64,000 bases of DNA. It comes from Escherichia coli (GTDB lineage: Bacteria > Pseudomonadota > Gammaproteobacteria > Enterobacterales > Enterobacteriaceae). Each line of letters opens with the position of its first letter. Positions within the stretch are counted from its first letter, which is position 1. Both the position numbers and the translations under genes were made by a program. Below the pieces are notes generated by a model. It made no database searches, was not told where the DNA came from, and saw only the letters and a program-made list of their open reading frames with translations. Of the stretch, positions 22,792 through 37,329 are shown piece after piece. The stretch is taken from NCBI RefSeq assembly GCF_002854065.1, contig NZ_CP024147.1; one strand, 5' to 3'.

Positions 22792-23295
22792 TTAGAGTTC
22801 GCGTAGCATCCGCACTTCACAATCGACATGGCCCGTGCAGCCAAGCGCATAGTCGATATGCTCAAAGCCCAAATGCTCATAAAGCGCAATGGCTTCCTTT
22901 AAAAAAGCGGTCGTTTCCAGATAGCAGCGTTTGAAGCCCATCTCTCGTGCTTGCTCCATCGCCATTAAGGCCAGTTTTTTCGCCAGCCCTTTACCGCGAA
23001 TAGCCGGAAGAAAATACATCTTTTGCAGTTCGCAAATGTCCGATTCACTACCTGCTAATGGCGCAATCCCACCGCCGCCGACCACTTCACCCTCGTACTC
23101 AACCACCCAATATGCATGACCAGGCTGACTATACACTTGATACAGCTCGTCAAGATTCGGATCGGCGACGGTGTAGCCTTTATCAGCGGTAAGACCGTAT
23201 TCGGCGGATACCTGACGAATGACGCGGGCGATAGCAGGATTATCCTGCAACGTCAGGCGACGCATTACAGGTGATTGCGGCGCAATGTTATTCAT
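22792..23295 (-). CDS. yjgM: GNAT-family N-acetyltransferase YjgM
   Basis: 167-aa ORF with GNAT acetyl-CoA binding motif (RGKGLAKKL). Confidence 0.8.
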   Translation of the reverse strand: MNNIAPQSPVMRRLTLQDNPAIARVIRQVSAEYGLTADKGYTVADPNLDELYQVYSQPGHAYWVVEYEGEVVGGGGIAPLAGSESDICELQKMYFLPAIRGKGLAKKLALMAMEQAREMGFKRCYLETTAFLKEAIALYEHLGFEHIDYALGCTGHVDCEVRMLREL

Positions 23296-23487
23296 AGTTT
23301 AACCCAATAAAAATAAAGTAATTATACATTTGTTTAATACCACTCTCTTCTTACGTGCGCAAGCGTCTTATAAAGCAATAAAGTTTTTGCCAGCCTATTA
23401 CTGATAAGAGTATTGTAACGTGGCAGAACATTTTACTGTCTGTATCTATAAATTATATCAATGGATTTTTTAATTCAGGGGATTTTT

Positions 23488-24684
23488 ATGGCTCAAGTTA
23501 TTAATGAAATGGATGTTCCGTCCCATTCGTTTGTTTTTCATGGTACAGGTGAGAGATATTTTCTTATTTGTGTGGTGAATGTGTTGTTAACGATTATAAC
23601 GCTAGGTATCTATTTACCATGGGCATTAATGAAATGTAAGCGTTATCTCTATGCTAATATGGAAGTTAACGGACAACGATTTTCTTATGGGATTACCGGT
23701 GGGAATGTTTTTGTTAGTTGTCTTGTTTTTGTTTTTTTCTATTTCGCAATCTTAATGACAGTGTCAGCAGATATGCCGCTTGTTGGCTGTGTTTTGACTT
23801 TGTCACTGTTGGTTTTGCTTATATTTATGGCAGCAAAAGGACTGCGTTATCAGGCCTTGATGACTAGTCTCAACGGCGTAAGATTTAGTTTTAATTGCTC
23901 TTTGAAAGGGTTCTGGTGGGTAACCTTTTTCTTGCCGATTTTAATGGCCATTGGGATGGGGACTGTTTTCTTTATCTCGACAAAGATGCTACATGCCAAT
24001 AGTTCAAGTAGTGTTATTATATCTGTGGTTCTGATGGCAATAGTTGGTATTGTTTCCATTGGTATTTTTAATGGTACTTTATATAGTCTGGTAATGAGTT
24101 TTCTCTGGAGCAATACCAGTTTCGGTATACATCGTTTCAAGGTAAAATTAGATACTACGTATTGTATAAAATATGCCATTCTCGCATTTTTAGCTTTATT
24201 ACCTTTTCTCGCTGTTGCTGGTTATATTATCTTCGATCAAATATTAAATGCGTATGATAGTTCTGTGTATGCAAATGATGATATTGAGAATTTACAGCAA
24301 TTTATGGAAATGCAACGTAAAATGATAATCGCGCAGTTAATCTATTATTTTGGGATTGCTGTTAGCACCAGTTATTTAACGGTGTCGTTGCGAAATCATT
24401 TTATGAGCAACCTGTCACTGAATGATGGGCGTATTCGTTTTCGCTCAACTTTAACATACCACGGTATGCTTTATCGCATGTGTGCGTTGGTGGTGATATC
24501 CGGGATTACGGGCGGTCTGGCTTATCCACTGCTGAAAATATGGATGATTGACTGGCAGGCAAAAAATACGTATTTGCTGGGCGATTTGGATGACCTTCCT
24601 TTAATCAATAAAGAAGAACAACCAGATAAAGGCTTCTTAGCCAGTATTTCACGGGGAATTATGCCTTCTTTACCATTTCTGTAA
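23488..24684 (+). CDS. yjgN: Inner-membrane DUF898 protein YjgN
   Basis: Polytopic membrane ORF; start placed at MAQVINEMD. Confidence 0.75.
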   Translation: MAQVINEMDVPSHSFVFHGTGERYFLICVVNVLLTIITLGIYLPWALMKCKRYLYANMEVNGQRFSYGITGGNVFVSCLVFVFFYFAILMTVSADMPLVGCVLTLSLLVLLIFMAAKGLRYQALMTSLNGVRFSFNCSLKGFWWVTFFLPILMAIGMGTVFFISTKMLHANSSSSVIISVVLMAIVGIVSIGIFNGTLYSLVMSFLWSNTSFGIHRFKVKLDTTYCIKYAILAFLALLPFLAVAGYIIFDQILNAYDSSVYANDDIENLQQFMEMQRKMIIAQLIYYFGIAVSTSYLTVSLRNHFMSNLSLNDGRIRFRSTLTYHGMLYRMCALVVISGITGGLAYPLLKIWMIDWQAKNTYLLGDLDDLPLINKEEQPDKGFLASISRGIMPSLPFL

Positions 24685-24690
24685 GAGATA

Positions 24691-24724
24691 AAAAAGGCCG
24701 GAGCATGCTCCGGCCTTCGTTTTC
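24691..24724. terminator. Bidirectional intrinsic terminator between convergent yjgN and valS
   Basis: GGCCGGAGCATGCTCCGGCC perfect hairpin flanked by an A-run and a T-run. Confidence 0.8.
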
Positions 24725-24739
24725 ATCACTGTGTTTTGA

Positions 24740-27595
24740 TTACAGCGCGGCGATAACAGCCTGCTGTTCAATCAGTTTCGCTTTCGCTTCCGCATAGCCT
24801 TCCAGCTTCTCACGCTCTTTCGCGATGACCGCTTCCGGTGCGCGGGCGACAAAGCCTTCGTTCGCCAGTTTGTTCTCGATACGGCTGATTTCACCTTCAA
24901 TCTTCGCCACTTCTTTCGCCAGACGCGCCAGCTCATCTTCTTTGTTGATGAGGCCAGCCATCGGGATCAGCAGCTCTGCACCGTCGATGATCTTCGTAAC
25001 GGAAACCGGACCTTTGTCATCGGCAGGCAGCACGGTGATACTTTCCAGACGCGCCAGGGTTTGCAGGAAGCCACGGTTTTCATTTACGCGACGTTCTGCA
25101 TCCGCGCTGCAACCACGCAGCAGCAGCTCCAGCGGTTTGCCCGGCGCGATGTTCATTTCTGCACGGATGTTACGTACCGCAACGATCGCCTGTTTCAGCC
25201 ATTCGGTGTCGGCCAGTGCGGCTTCATCAACCTGAGATGCATCGTACTGCGGGAACGGCTGCAGCATGATGGTGTCGGCAGTGATACCGCAAAGTACTTT
25301 CACACGCTGCCAGATGGTTTCGGTGATGAACGGAATGATCGGATGCGCGAGGCGCAGCAGACCTTCCAGTACAGTCACCAGCGTATGGCGAGTACCGCGC
25401 AGTTCTGCTTCGGTGCCACCGTTCATTACCGGCTTGGTCAGCTCGAGATACCAGTCACAGAACTGGTTCCAGGTGAACTCATACAGAATGCCTGCGGCGA
25501 TATCGAAGCGGAAGCTGTCCAGCGCTTCGCGGTACGCTTTGATGGTCTGGTTGAACTCCGCCAGAATCCAGCGGTCCGCCAGCGACAGCGTCATTTCGCC
25601 GCCGTTGAAGCCGCAATCCTGACCTTCTGTGTTCATCAGCACAAAGCGGCTGGCGTTCCACAGCTTGTTACAGAAGTTACGGTAACCTTCCAGACGCTTC
25701 ATATCCCAGTTGATGTCACGACCGGTAGACGCCAGCGCCGCCAGGGTGAAGCGCAGCGCGTCAGTACCGTGCGGCTCAATACCGTTCGGGAACTGCTTCT
25801 CGGTGCGCTTACGGATTTTGTCCGCCAGCTGCGGCTGCATCATATTGCCGGTACGTTTTTCCAGCAGTTCTGGCAGCGAAATACCGTCAACCATATCCAG
25901 TGGGTCGATAACGTTACCCTTGGATTTGGACATCTTCTGGCCTTCGTCATCACGAATCAGGCCGGTCATGTAAACGGTGTGGAACGGCACCTGCGGTTTG
26001 CCATTTTCATCTTTGATGAAGTGCATGGTCATCATGATCATGCGGGCAATCCAGAAGAAAATGATGTCGAAACCAGATACCATCACGCTGGTTGGGTGGA
26101 ACTGACGCAGGGCGTCGGTATTTTCCGGCCAGCCAAGGGTAGAGAAGGTCCACAGCGCAGAAGAGAACCAGGTATCGAGAACGTCTTCGTCCTGACGCAG
26201 GACAACATCAGCACCGAGGTTATTTTCTTTACGCACTTCGTCTTCGTTGCGGCCAACATAAACGTTACCCGCTTCGTCATACCATGCCGGGATACGGTGA
26301 CCCCACCACAACTGACGAGAGATACACCAGTCCTGAATATCGCGCATCCAGGAGAAGTACATGTTTTCGTACTGCTTCGGTACGAACTGAATGTCGCCGT
26401 TCTCAACCGCTTCAACCGCCGGTTTCGCCAGGACATCGGCACGCACGTACCACTGGTCGGTCAGCATTGGTTCGATAACTACGCCGCCACGGTCGCCGTA
26501 AGGAACGGTCAGGTCGTGCGGTTTAATTTCTTCCAGCAGGCCAAGCGCGTCAACTGCGGCAACGACTGCTTTACGTGCAGCAAAACGCTCCAGTTTCTGG
26601 AACTCTGCAGGGATTTCGCTGGAATAAACGTCAGATTCGTTACCTTTGGTATCGAACACCTGGGCGCTTTCACGGATATCGCCGTCAAAGGTCAGGATGT
26701 TGATCATCGGCAGGGCGTGACGTTTACCCACTTCATAGTCGTTAAAGTCGTGCGCCGGAGTGATTTTCACGCAGCCGGTGCCTTTTTCCATGTCGGCGTG
26801 TTCGTCGCCAACGATCGGAATACGACGGTTAACCAGCGGCAGAATGACATATTTGCCAATCAGATCTTTGTAACGCGGATCTTCCGGGTTAACGGCTACG
26901 CCAGTATCGCCCAGCAGGGTTTCTGGACGGGTAGTCGCGACCACCAGATAATCTTTACCGTCTGCGGTTTTCGCACCGTCAGCCAGCGGATAGCGGATGT
27001 GCCACATCGAACCTTTCGATTCGCGGTTTTCGACTTCCAGGTCAGAGATAGCGGTGCGCAGTTTCGGATCCCAGTTTACCAGGCGTTTGCCACGGTAAAT
27101 CAGGTCTTCTTTATACAGACGAACGAAAACTTCTTTCACCGCATTGGACAGGCCTTCGTCCATGGTGAAGCGTTCACGCTCCCAGTCGACGGAGTTGCCG
27201 AGACGGCGCATCTGACGGGTAATCGTGCCGCCGGATTCCGCTTTCCATTCCCAAATTTTGTCGATGAAAGCTTCGCGGCCGTAGTCGTGACGGGTTTTAC
27301 CTTCTTCTGCGGCAATCTTGCGCTCAACGACCATCTGGGTAGCGATCCCGGCGTGGTCAGTACCGACCTGCCACAGGGTGTTTTTGCCCTGCATGCGCTG
27401 ATAGCGGATCATGGTATCCATGATGGTTTGCTGGAAGGCGTGACCCATATGCAAACTGCCGGTGACGTTCGGCGGCGGGATCATGATGCAGAAACTTTCC
27501 TGGCTTTCATCGCCATTAGGCTTAAAGTAGCCCTGCTTTTCCCAGTGCTCGTAAAGCGGCTGTTCGATATCTTGTGGGTTGTATGTCTTTTCCAT
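24740..27595 (-). CDS. valS: Valine--tRNA ligase
   Basis: 951-aa class I aaRS with HMGH (HIGH-type) and KMSKS motifs. Confidence 0.95.
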   Translation of the reverse strand: MEKTYNPQDIEQPLYEHWEKQGYFKPNGDESQESFCIMIPPPNVTGSLHMGHAFQQTIMDTMIRYQRMQGKNTLWQVGTDHAGIATQMVVERKIAAEEGKTRHDYGREAFIDKIWEWKAESGGTITRQMRRLGNSVDWERERFTMDEGLSNAVKEVFVRLYKEDLIYRGKRLVNWDPKLRTAISDLEVENRESKGSMWHIRYPLADGAKTADGKDYLVVATTRPETLLGDTGVAVNPEDPRYKDLIGKYVILPLVNRRIPIVGDEHADMEKGTGCVKITPAHDFNDYEVGKRHALPMINILTFDGDIRESAQVFDTKGNESDVYSSEIPAEFQKLERFAARKAVVAAVDALGLLEEIKPHDLTVPYGDRGGVVIEPMLTDQWYVRADVLAKPAVEAVENGDIQFVPKQYENMYFSWMRDIQDWCISRQLWWGHRIPAWYDEAGNVYVGRNEDEVRKENNLGADVVLRQDEDVLDTWFSSALWTFSTLGWPENTDALRQFHPTSVMVSGFDIIFFWIARMIMMTMHFIKDENGKPQVPFHTVYMTGLIRDDEGQKMSKSKGNVIDPLDMVDGISLPELLEKRTGNMMQPQLADKIRKRTEKQFPNGIEPHGTDALRFTLAALASTGRDINWDMKRLEGYRNFCNKLWNASRFVLMNTEGQDCGFNGGEMTLSLADRWILAEFNQTIKAYREALDSFRFDIAAGILYEFTWNQFCDWYLELTKPVMNGGTEAELRGTRHTLVTVLEGLLRLAHPIIPFITETIWQRVKVLCGITADTIMLQPFPQYDASQVDEAALADTEWLKQAIVAVRNIRAEMNIAPGKPLELLLRGCSADAERRVNENRGFLQTLARLESITVLPADDKGPVSVTKIIDGAELLIPMAGLINKEDELARLAKEVAKIEGEISRIENKLANEGFVARAPEAVIAKEREKLEGYAEAKAKLIEQQAVIAAL

Positions 27596-28038
27596 TATTT
27601 CCAGGTTGCCGTATTCAGGTTGAAACCAGCCACGCGGTAGGCTTTATAGCGTTCGCGCGCCAGTTGTTTCAGAGAATCTTCATAAGGAACGAAGTCTACC
27701 ACTTCTGTGAAAGCGGTGGCAAAATCTGCAAAGCTTGTTCGCAGACTAATCAATATATCGCGCGGGCTGCTGCTGCGTTTTTGCGGCCAGGCGATCTCCA
27801 CCGGCGCACCGCCGCGCGGTCCTTCTCCCGCTAAATTATGCGGAACAAAGCTTTCTGCCGGACGCGCCCACAGGGCTTCATCCAGCCGGTAAGCCTGCTT
27901 TTCATCTTCACAGGCGATGAGCACGCGCTTACCGCTGCGCCAACGTTCTGCGGCAATTTCACACACCAGTTGCTCAACGGCGCTTAAGCCATCGACGGTG
28001 GTGTCATTGTCCAGAAGGTAGAACGTCGCGTTTTTCAT
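27595..28038 (-). CDS. holC: DNA polymerase III chi subunit
   Basis: 147-aa ORF whose stop overlaps the valS start; recognised HolC sequence. Confidence 0.9.
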   Translation of the reverse strand: MKNATFYLLDNDTTVDGLSAVEQLVCEIAAERWRSGKRVLIACEDEKQAYRLDEALWARPAESFVPHNLAGEGPRGGAPVEIAWPQKRSSSPRDILISLRTSFADFATAFTEVVDFVPYEDSLKQLARERYKAYRVAGFNLNTATWK

Positions 28039-28079
28039 AAATGGGGCTTCTTGTGGTGGATTTAAATACGCATCAGGTA

Positions 28080-28390
<311 letters not shown>

Positions 28391-28391
28391 A

Positions 28392-29906
<1,515 letters not shown>

Positions 29907-30169
29907 CTACGCTCCTGAATCTTAAAGACAACGGCGGTGGCTACAGATAGAATTGCAAGCTTTCGTAACTCATGTCCGCTGTTGCGATGACTTCGTGTTA
30001 ATCTTAACGTTATTACGGCATTGGCACGTCAGAACAAAATCTGAGAGGTGAATCCGTTGAGTATAATTATCTTAGCGACGATTTCGACGACTCAAGAGAA
30101 TAAATGACGTTTAAGCCATGAAACAAGCTAAAATCCTGCAAAAGACGAGTTTTTACGGGCGTATTTAAA

Positions 30170-31270
30170 GTGATAATCATAAGATATCTGGTGCGGGAGA
30201 CGCTCAAAAGCCAGCTGGCGATACTCTTCATCTTGCTTTTGATCTTCTTCTGTCAAAAGTTAGTGAGGATCCTCGGCGCAGCGGTTGACGGCGATATTCC
30301 GGCGAATCTGGTGCTCTCCCTTCTCGGGTTGGGCGTGCCGGAAATGGCGCAGCTTATCCTGCCATTAAGCCTGTTCCTCGGGCTGCTGATGACGCTGGGC
30401 AAACTGTATACCGAAAGTGAAATTACGGTAATGCATGCCTGCGGCCTGAGCAAAGCGGTTCTGGTGAAAGCGGCAATGATCCTTGCGGTATTCACGGCAA
30501 TCGTCGCGGCGGTTAACGTGATGTGGGCGGGACCGTGGTCATCGCGTCATCAGGATGAAGTGTTAGCAGAAGCGAAAGCGAACCCTGGCATGGCGGCGCT
30601 GGCGCAAGGGCAATTCCAGCAAGCGACTAATGGCAGTTCGGTGCTGTTCATCGAAAGCGTTGACGGCAGCGATTTCAAAGATGTGTTCCTCGCGCAAATT
30701 CGACCAAAAGGTAATGCACGTCCTTCTGTGGTGGTGGCCGATTCCGGACATTTAACCCAGCTGCGCGACGGCTCCCAGGTCGTCACTCTCAATCAGGGAA
30801 CGCGCTTCGAAGGCACTGCACTGTTACGTGATTTCCGCATTACGGATTTCCAGGATTATCAGGCGATCATTGGTCACCAGGCGGTGGCGCTCGACCCGAA
30901 CGATACCGACCAGATGGACATGCGCACATTGTGGAACACTGACACCGATCGTGCCCGCGCAGAACTGAACTGGCGTATCACGTTGGTGTTCACCGTGTTT
31001 ATGATGGCACTTATGGTTGTACCGTTGAGCGTGGTTAACCCGCGTCAGGGACGCGTACTGTCGATGCTGCCAGCCATGCTGCTGTATCTACTTTTCTTCC
31101 TGATCCAGACCTCCCTGAAATCGAACGGCGGTAAAGGTAAGCTGGACCCGACGCTGTGGATGTGGACCGTTAACCTGATTTATCTGGCTTTGGCGATTGT
31201 TCTCAACCTTTGGGACGCCGTGCCGATCCGCCGCCTGCGCGCCAGTTTTTCGCGTAAAGGAGCGGTGTGA
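30170..31270 (+). CDS. lptF: LPS export ABC transporter permease LptF
   Basis: 366-aa membrane ORF recognised as YjgP/LptF. Confidence 0.9.
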   Translation: MIIIRYLVRETLKSQLAILFILLLIFFCQKLVRILGAAVDGDIPANLVLSLLGLGVPEMAQLILPLSLFLGLLMTLGKLYTESEITVMHACGLSKAVLVKAAMILAVFTAIVAAVNVMWAGPWSSRHQDEVLAEAKANPGMAALAQGQFQQATNGSSVLFIESVDGSDFKDVFLAQIRPKGNARPSVVVADSGHLTQLRDGSQVVTLNQGTRFEGTALLRDFRITDFQDYQAIIGHQAVALDPNDTDQMDMRTLWNTDTDRARAELNWRITLVFTVFMMALMVVPLSVVNPRQGRVLSMLPAMLLYLLFFLIQTSLKSNGGKGKLDPTLWMWTVNLIYLALAIVLNLWDAVPIRRLRASFSRKGAV

Positions 31271-32352
31271 TGCAACCTTTTGGCGTACTTGACCGCTATA
31301 TCGGTAAAACTATTTTCACCACTATCATGATGACACTGTTCATGCTGGTGTCGCTGTCGGGCATTATCAAGTTTGTCGATCAGCTGAAAAAAGCCGGGCA
31401 GGGGAGTTACGACGCGTTAGGCGCAGGAATGTATACCTTGCTGAGCGTGCCGAAAGATGTGCAAATCTTCTTCCCGATGGCGGCTCTGCTTGGGGCGTTG
31501 CTTGGTCTTGGGATGCTGGCGCAGCGCAGCGAACTGGTAGTCATGCAGGCTTCTGGTTTTACTCGTATGCAGGTGGCGCTGTCGGTGATGAAAACCGCCA
31601 TTCCGCTGGTCTTGCTGACGATGGCGATTGGTGAATGGGTCGCGCCGCAGGGCGAGCAGATGGCGCGTAACTACCGTGCGCAGGCGATGTACGGCGGCTC
31701 GTTGCTCTCTACCCAGCAAGGTTTATGGGCGAAAGATGGCAACAACTTCGTCTACATTGCGCGGGTTAAAGGTGACGAAGAGTTAGGTGGCATCAGTATC
31801 TATGCCTTTAACGAGAATCGTCGTCTGCAATCCGTACGCTATGCCGCTACCGCGAAGTTTGACCCTGAACATAAAGTCTGGCGTCTGTCGCAGGTTGATG
31901 AATCTGATTTGACCAATCCGAAACAGATCACCGGTTCGCAGACGGTGAGCGGCACCTGGAAAACCAACCTCACGCCAGACAAACTGGGCGTGGTGGCGCT
32001 GGACCCGGATGCACTCTCTATCAGCGGTTTGCACAACTATGTGAAGTATCTGAAGTCGAGCGGTCAGGATGCCGGACGTTATCAGCTCAACATGTGGAGC
32101 AAAATCTTCCAGCCGCTATCCGTGGCGGTGATGATGCTGATGGCGCTGTCGTTCATCTTTGGCCCACTGCGTAGCGTACCGATGGGCGTGCGTGTGGTCA
32201 CTGGTATTAGCTTCGGTTTTGTCTTCTACGTACTGGACCAGATCTTCGGCCCGCTGACGTTGGTTTACGGCATCCCGCCGATCATCGGCGCACTTTTGCC
32301 AAGTGCCAGCTTCTTCTTAATCAGCCTGTGGCTGTTAATGAGAAAATCGTAA
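31270..32352 (+). CDS. lptG: LPS export ABC transporter permease LptG
   Basis: 360-aa membrane ORF translationally coupled to lptF. Confidence 0.9.
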   Translation: MQPFGVLDRYIGKTIFTTIMMTLFMLVSLSGIIKFVDQLKKAGQGSYDALGAGMYTLLSVPKDVQIFFPMAALLGALLGLGMLAQRSELVVMQASGFTRMQVALSVMKTAIPLVLLTMAIGEWVAPQGEQMARNYRAQAMYGGSLLSTQQGLWAKDGNNFVYIARVKGDEELGGISIYAFNENRRLQSVRYAATAKFDPEHKVWRLSQVDESDLTNPKQITGSQTVSGTWKTNLTPDKLGVVALDPDALSISGLHNYVKYLKSSGQDAGRYQLNMWSKIFQPLSVAVMMLMALSFIFGPLRSVPMGVRVVTGISFGFVFYVLDQIFGPLTLVYGIPPIIGALLPSASFFLISLWLLMRKS

Positions 32353-32366
32353 CCTGATGAACGAAT

Positions 32367-32396
32367 AAAGGGAGCGAAAGCTCCCTTTATTATTGT
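32367..32396 (+). terminator. Intrinsic terminator after lptG
   Basis: AAAGGGAGCGAAAGCTCCCTTTA hairpin followed by a T-rich tract. Confidence 0.7.
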
Positions 32397-32512
32397 TAGC
32401 AAAGTGTGCTTCGTTCATGCCTGAAAAATCATGAAAATTCAATATATTGCAGTGGTGTGGGCATGATAAGGCGCGCCAGCGTCGCATCAGGCAAAGACAA
32501 ATCGCACCTGGC

Positions 32513-34015
32513 TTACCTTCTTCTCCCCCCCAGCAAACTCCCCAACATCCCGCGCACAATCTGATTCGTCACCTGGCGGGCGGCGCTTTTTGCCATTGTC
32601 TGCACCACACCATCTTTCTTCCCGCCGCGTGGTCCAGTAGTGCCAAACAAAATATCCTTCAATCCACCGAGAATACCGTCATCCACCGCCACCTCTTTCC
32701 CTTTCGCGGGAGGATTATTTTGCTGCTCGGTACTGGCCTGAAAGCCTTTTTGCAACATCTCATAGGCGGATTCACGGTCCACGTCATCCTCGTACTTGCC
32801 ATACACCGGGGAGTGATTAATCAAGCCGTTACGCTCATCTTCCGTCACCGGCCCCATTCGCGAACAAGGCGCGATAACCATCGCCCGTTCCACCACTGAA
32901 GGACTTCCTTTCGCATCGAGAAACGAGATTAACGCCTCACCGGTCCCCAGTTCCTGGATTGCCTTTTCGGTATCAAACGCCGGATTGGCCCGCATGGTTT
33001 GCGCCGCAGCTTTTACTGCTTTCTGATCTTTGGGCGTAAAAGCCCGCAAAGCGTGTTGAACGCGATTACCTAGCTGCCCGAGCACATTATCCGGAATATC
33101 TGACGGGTTTTGCGAAACGAACCAGACGCCCACGCCTTTTGAGCGAATAAGCCTTATCACCTGCTCAATCTTATCCAGCAGTACCTGTGGCGCATCGTTA
33201 AACAGCAGATGTGCTTCGTCGAAGAAAAACACCAGTTTTGGTTTCTCCAGATCGCCCGCTTCAGGCAATTGTTCATACAACTCTGAAAGCATCCACAGCA
33301 GGCTGGCGGCGTACAGTTTCGGCATCTGATAAAGCTTCTCGGCGCTGAGGATATTGATAACGCCTTTACCGTTGGCATCGGTACGCATCCAGTCTTTGAT
33401 ATCCAGCATCGGCTCACCAAAGAAGTGTGCTGCGCCTTGCTGTTCCAGCGATAACAGCCCGCGCTGGATGGCACCAACCGATGCGCTACTGATATTACCG
33501 TACTGATTCTGGAAGGATTTGGCGTTATCGCCGATGTACTGGGTAATTGCCCGCAGATCTTTAAAGTCGAGCAGTAACAGCCCCTGATCGTCAGCAATGC
33601 GGAAAATGATATTCAGCACGCCAGATTGCACATCGTTGAGATTCAACAGCCGCGCCAGCAACAGCGGCCCCAGATCCGAAACCGTCGCCCGCACCGGATG
33701 GCCCTTCTCGCCAAAGATATCCCACACCACCACCGGATTAGCATGCGGTTGCCAGTCATTTACGCCGATATTTTTAAGCCTTGCGAGCAGTTTTTCCGAC
33801 GCCGTTCCTGCCTGCGCGATGCCGGTCAGATCGCCTTTCACATCGGCCATAAACACCGGAACACCGATTTCCGATAGAGACTCCGCCAGTTTTTGCAGCG
33901 TGACAGTTTTACCCGTCCCCGTTGCGCCAGTAATCAGCCCGTGACGGTTAGCCATTCCCGGCAGTAAAAATAGTTCTGTGTCCGGCGTGCGGGCAATTAA
34001 CAGGGGTTCGCTCAT
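32513..34015 (-). CDS. yjgR: DUF853 P-loop NTPase YjgR (HerA/FtsK-like)
   Basis: 500-aa ORF with Walker A (GATGTGKT) and Walker B motifs. Confidence 0.85.
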   Translation of the reverse strand: MSEPLLIARTPDTELFLLPGMANRHGLITGATGTGKTVTLQKLAESLSEIGVPVFMADVKGDLTGIAQAGTASEKLLARLKNIGVNDWQPHANPVVVWDIFGEKGHPVRATVSDLGPLLLARLLNLNDVQSGVLNIIFRIADDQGLLLLDFKDLRAITQYIGDNAKSFQNQYGNISSASVGAIQRGLLSLEQQGAAHFFGEPMLDIKDWMRTDANGKGVINILSAEKLYQMPKLYAASLLWMLSELYEQLPEAGDLEKPKLVFFFDEAHLLFNDAPQVLLDKIEQVIRLIRSKGVGVWFVSQNPSDIPDNVLGQLGNRVQHALRAFTPKDQKAVKAAAQTMRANPAFDTEKAIQELGTGEALISFLDAKGSPSVVERAMVIAPCSRMGPVTEDERNGLINHSPVYGKYEDDVDRESAYEMLQKGFQASTEQQNNPPAKGKEVAVDDGILGGLKDILFGTTGPRGGKKDGVVQTMAKSAARQVTNQIVRGMLGSLLGGRRR

Positions 34016-34092
34016 GAGATATCCTCCAGTTTCCTGCCTGGAGTATAGGCAACGTCCGGCAAAGAGAATACGTGTAATGAAGAGAAAATAAC

Positions 34093-35091
34093 CTAAAGCG
34101 TGTTGCCGTGATAAATCTGATACCCGAGGTCAACAGTGTTGTGGTTGTGATCGTTATTTTTAATTTTGCTCAGCAACATTTGGGCGGCCATCCGACCAAT
34201 ATCAAAACGGGGAGTAATTACGCTGGCGAGGCTTGGGATCATTTGCCTGCCAATCTCCAGCCCATGAAAACCCGCAATGGAAATTTGTTCTGGCACGGCG
34301 AGGTTTCGCTCGCGGCACAGCAGAAGCGCACCCATCGCAATATCGTCATTGGTGCAAAATACACCGTCTAAATCCGGGTTTGCGCTAAGGGCATCACGCA
34401 TTAACTGCATTCCTAAATGAATGGATGAGATGGCGCGTGGATTCATGCGTAATGGGGAAAGATTATGCAGCATCATCGCATCGCAATACCCCTGATAACG
34501 CTGTTCATCGCGGGTGTCATCTTTGGAACCGAGATACAGAATTTTGTGCCTGACTCGCTTCTCCAGCATGGTACACACCATGTCAAAAGCGGCCTGCCGA
34601 TTATCAAAACCGACCTCCATATCCAGCCGTTCTCCCTGTACATCCATCAATTCCACGACCGGAATGGTGGCTGAACGCAGAAATTTCACCGTCCTGATGG
34701 TGTGATATTTTTCCGAAAGTATAATCCCGTCAATGTTATAAGAGAGCAGGTTAATCACCGACTCTTCTTCGGAATCGCGATCGTAATTGTAATTAGCAAT
34801 AAGGGTCTGATAATTATGCTCAGAGGTGACGGATTCTATTCCCGCGAGAATGTCAGCGAAGAGTTGATTTTGAAATGACGGAATCAAGATACCGAGGGTA
34901 TAACTTTGTGCATTCAACAACATGCCGGGAGCGCGATTAGGGATATAATTGATCTCTTCCATAATTTTGGCGATGCGCTCGCCTGTTTCCTTTGCCACCT
35001 TTTTCGGCGAGCGGATATAACGACTCACGGTCATTTTTGTTACGCCAGCCAGCGTAGCGATATCCTGTAAAGAAATTCTGTGATTGCGCAT
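34093..35091 (-). CDS. idnR: LacI-family regulator of L-idonate catabolism
   Basis: LacI-type HTH ([21 protein letters not shown]); start placed at [10 protein letters not shown]. Confidence 0.85.
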   Translation of the reverse strand: MRNHRISLQDIATLAGVTKMTVSRYIRSPKKVAKETGERIAKIMEEINYIPNRAPGMLLNAQSYTLGILIPSFQNQLFADILAGIESVTSEHNYQTLIANYNYDRDSEEESVINLLSYNIDGIILSEKYHTIRTVKFLRSATIPVVELMDVQGERLDMEVGFDNRQAAFDMVCTMLEKRVRHKILYLGSKDDTRDEQRYQGYCDAMMLHNLSPLRMNPRAISSIHLGMQLMRDALSANPDLDGVFCTNDDIAMGALLLCRERNLAVPEQISIAGFHGLEIGRQMIPSLASVITPRFDIGRMAAQMLLSKIKNNDHNHNTVDLGYQIYHGNTL

Positions 35092-35157
35092 AACTTCTCC
35101 CAACGTCGGGGGAATCTTCAATCTTCCCCCGAAACTACATCACAATATTTTATTCTT

Positions 35158-36477
35158 TCAGTGCAATACGGCGTTAATGGCTAACACGCCCAGCAAACCC
35201 ATAATAGAAATAAGGGTTTCCATCACCGTCCAGGTACGCAACGTTTCACCAACCGTCAGATTAAAATACCCTTTAAATAGCCAGAAGCCAGGGTCGTTTA
35301 CGTGTGACGCGATCACGCTGCCCGCACCGGTTGCCAGTACCATTAAAGCGGGATCGGCATGGGTAACGTTGATAATCGGCAACACCACACCCGCGGTGGT
35401 AATGGCCGCGACGGTGGCAGAGCCCAGAGCGATACGCAACAGCGCCGCAACAGTCCAGCACATCAATAACGGCGAAAGCGTAGTTCCGGTCATTAAGTGT
35501 GAAATATAGTGCCCGACACCGCTATCTACTAATACCTGCTTAAACGCGCCGCCGCCAGCGATAATAAACACAATCATCGCGATAGCGCCTATAGAATCCC
35601 CAATGATATCCATGATTTGCTCGATGGTGCGTCCATTACGTCGGCCCAGTGTGAAAATCGCAATAACAATGGCAATAAACAGCGCAACGGCAGGGTTACC
35701 GACAAATTCAAAGAAGAGGCGCACGGTGTTAGTTTTCGGTAACGTAATTTCACAAACGGCGGCGATAGCCATCAGGATGACCGGGATCACGGCAGCGAAA
35801 ATACTGTTCCAGAAGGAGGGCATCTCCTCTTCGCTAAACAGATGAGGATTAAATAAGCCTTCCGGTGGTGCTTTCTCAAAGCGAGTTAGCAGTTTAGAAA
35901 ACAGCGGTCCTGCGACAATAACTGTCGGAATGGTAATGATAAATCCATACAGTAAAGTCGTTCCGAGATTAGCCTCAAAGATAGTCGCGATGGCAGTAGG
36001 CCCTGGATGTGGCGGCAGAAAACAGTGGGTTACAGAGAGCGCTGCTACCATTGGTACGCCAACATACAACAGGGGTAATCCTGATGATGCTACGATGGTA
36101 AATACCAACGGCAACAGCAGGACAAAACCCACTTCAAAAAACATGGCGAGGCCCACAACCAGACCAGTGATCACTAGCGCCCATTGCACGCGTTTTTTAC
36201 CAAAAGTAGCAATCAGCGTAGTGGCGATACGTTGTGCCGCACCCGTATCAGAAATCAGCTTGCCTAACATGGCCCCGAAACCGAGGATCATTGCCAGCCC
36301 ACCGAGCGTGCTGCCGATACCATTTTGTATAGAGTGCAGGACGGCCTGTGCATCCATCCCTTCGGCAAATCCGACGACGGCAGCTACCAGAACGAGGGCA
36401 ATAAAGCCGTTAACTTTAAAGCCGATCATCAGGATAAGAAGCAGCGCGACGCCTGCCGCAATAATGATTAATGGCAT
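35158..36477 (-). CDS. idnT: GntP-family L-idonate/5-ketogluconate transporter
   Basis: 439-aa polytopic GntP permease sequence. Confidence 0.88.
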   Translation of the reverse strand: MPLIIIAAGVALLLILMIGFKVNGFIALVLVAAVVGFAEGMDAQAVLHSIQNGIGSTLGGLAMILGFGAMLGKLISDTGAAQRIATTLIATFGKKRVQWALVITGLVVGLAMFFEVGFVLLLPLVFTIVASSGLPLLYVGVPMVAALSVTHCFLPPHPGPTAIATIFEANLGTTLLYGFIITIPTVIVAGPLFSKLLTRFEKAPPEGLFNPHLFSEEEMPSFWNSIFAAVIPVILMAIAAVCEITLPKTNTVRLFFEFVGNPAVALFIAIVIAIFTLGRRNGRTIEQIMDIIGDSIGAIAMIVFIIAGGGAFKQVLVDSGVGHYISHLMTGTTLSPLLMCWTVAALLRIALGSATVAAITTAGVVLPIINVTHADPALMVLATGAGSVIASHVNDPGFWLFKGYFNLTVGETLRTWTVMETLISIMGLLGVLAINAVLH

Positions 36478-36541
36478 AGTCTTTATCTCTTATTAGTGCC
36501 AGAAAAGCAGCGCTTTCGCGCTGCACGTAGGGTAGTAGGTG

Positions 36542-37306
36542 TTAAACAGCCACTAACATGCCGCCATCAACAAACAACAGGTGGCCGTTTACGAAATCAG
36601 AGGCTTTTGAAGAAAGGAACACCGCAGCACCAATCAGTTCCTGCGGATCTCCCCAGCGTGCGGCGGGGGTCCGTTTGCACAACCAGGCGGTGAAGGCTTC
36701 GTCCTCAACCAGTGCTTTAGTCATTTCTGTTTTGAAATAGCCCGGCGCAATACCGTTGACCTGAATATTGTGGCGCGCCAGCTCGACGCACATGCCGCGG
36801 GTGAGCATTTTTACCGCCCCTTTCGATGCGGCATAAGGGGTGATGGTGTCACGTCCCAGTTCGCTTTGCATCGAGCAAATATTAATAACTTTACCTGCCT
36901 TGCGTTCAACCATGTGACGAGTTACTGCTTGCGATACCAGGAACACGGCGGTCTGGTTTACTGCGATCACATCATTCCACTCTTGTTCAGGGAACTCAGT
37001 AAAAGGATGACGGCGCTGGATACCGGCGTTATTCACCAGCACATCAATGGGGCCGATGTCCTTTTCGATATGTTCAACGGCGGCATCAATTTCATGTTTA
37101 TGAGTAACATTAAAAGGTGCGGCAACGGCCTGAATACCCTCCTGGTGGAGTTTTTCTACAGCAAGTTCTGCGCGTTCGGCAGTAATATCATTAATAATTA
37201 TTTGTGCGCCATATTTACCCAGGCCGGTTGCCAGTAAAAAGCCAATGCCCTGTGCTGAACCGGTAATCAAGATATTTTTTCCTGCCAGTGAAAATAGATC
37301 GTTCAT
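36542..37306 (-). CDS. idnO: 5-keto-D-gluconate 5-reductase (SDR)
   Basis: 254-aa SDR with TGSAQGIG Rossmann motif. Confidence 0.88.
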   Translation of the reverse strand: MNDLFSLAGKNILITGSAQGIGFLLATGLGKYGAQIIINDITAERAELAVEKLHQEGIQAVAAPFNVTHKHEIDAAVEHIEKDIGPIDVLVNNAGIQRRHPFTEFPEQEWNDVIAVNQTAVFLVSQAVTRHMVERKAGKVINICSMQSELGRDTITPYAASKGAVKMLTRGMCVELARHNIQVNGIAPGYFKTEMTKALVEDEAFTAWLCKRTPAARWGDPQELIGAAVFLSSKASDFVNGHLLFVDGGMLVAV

Positions 37307-37329
37307 TGTATTATTCCTTTATTTATCTC

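Noticed and set aside
25061-27640. 859-aa plus-strand ORF antisense to valS
   Set aside because: Antisense shadow ORF of a highly conserved essential gene; no motifs and no plausible start context.
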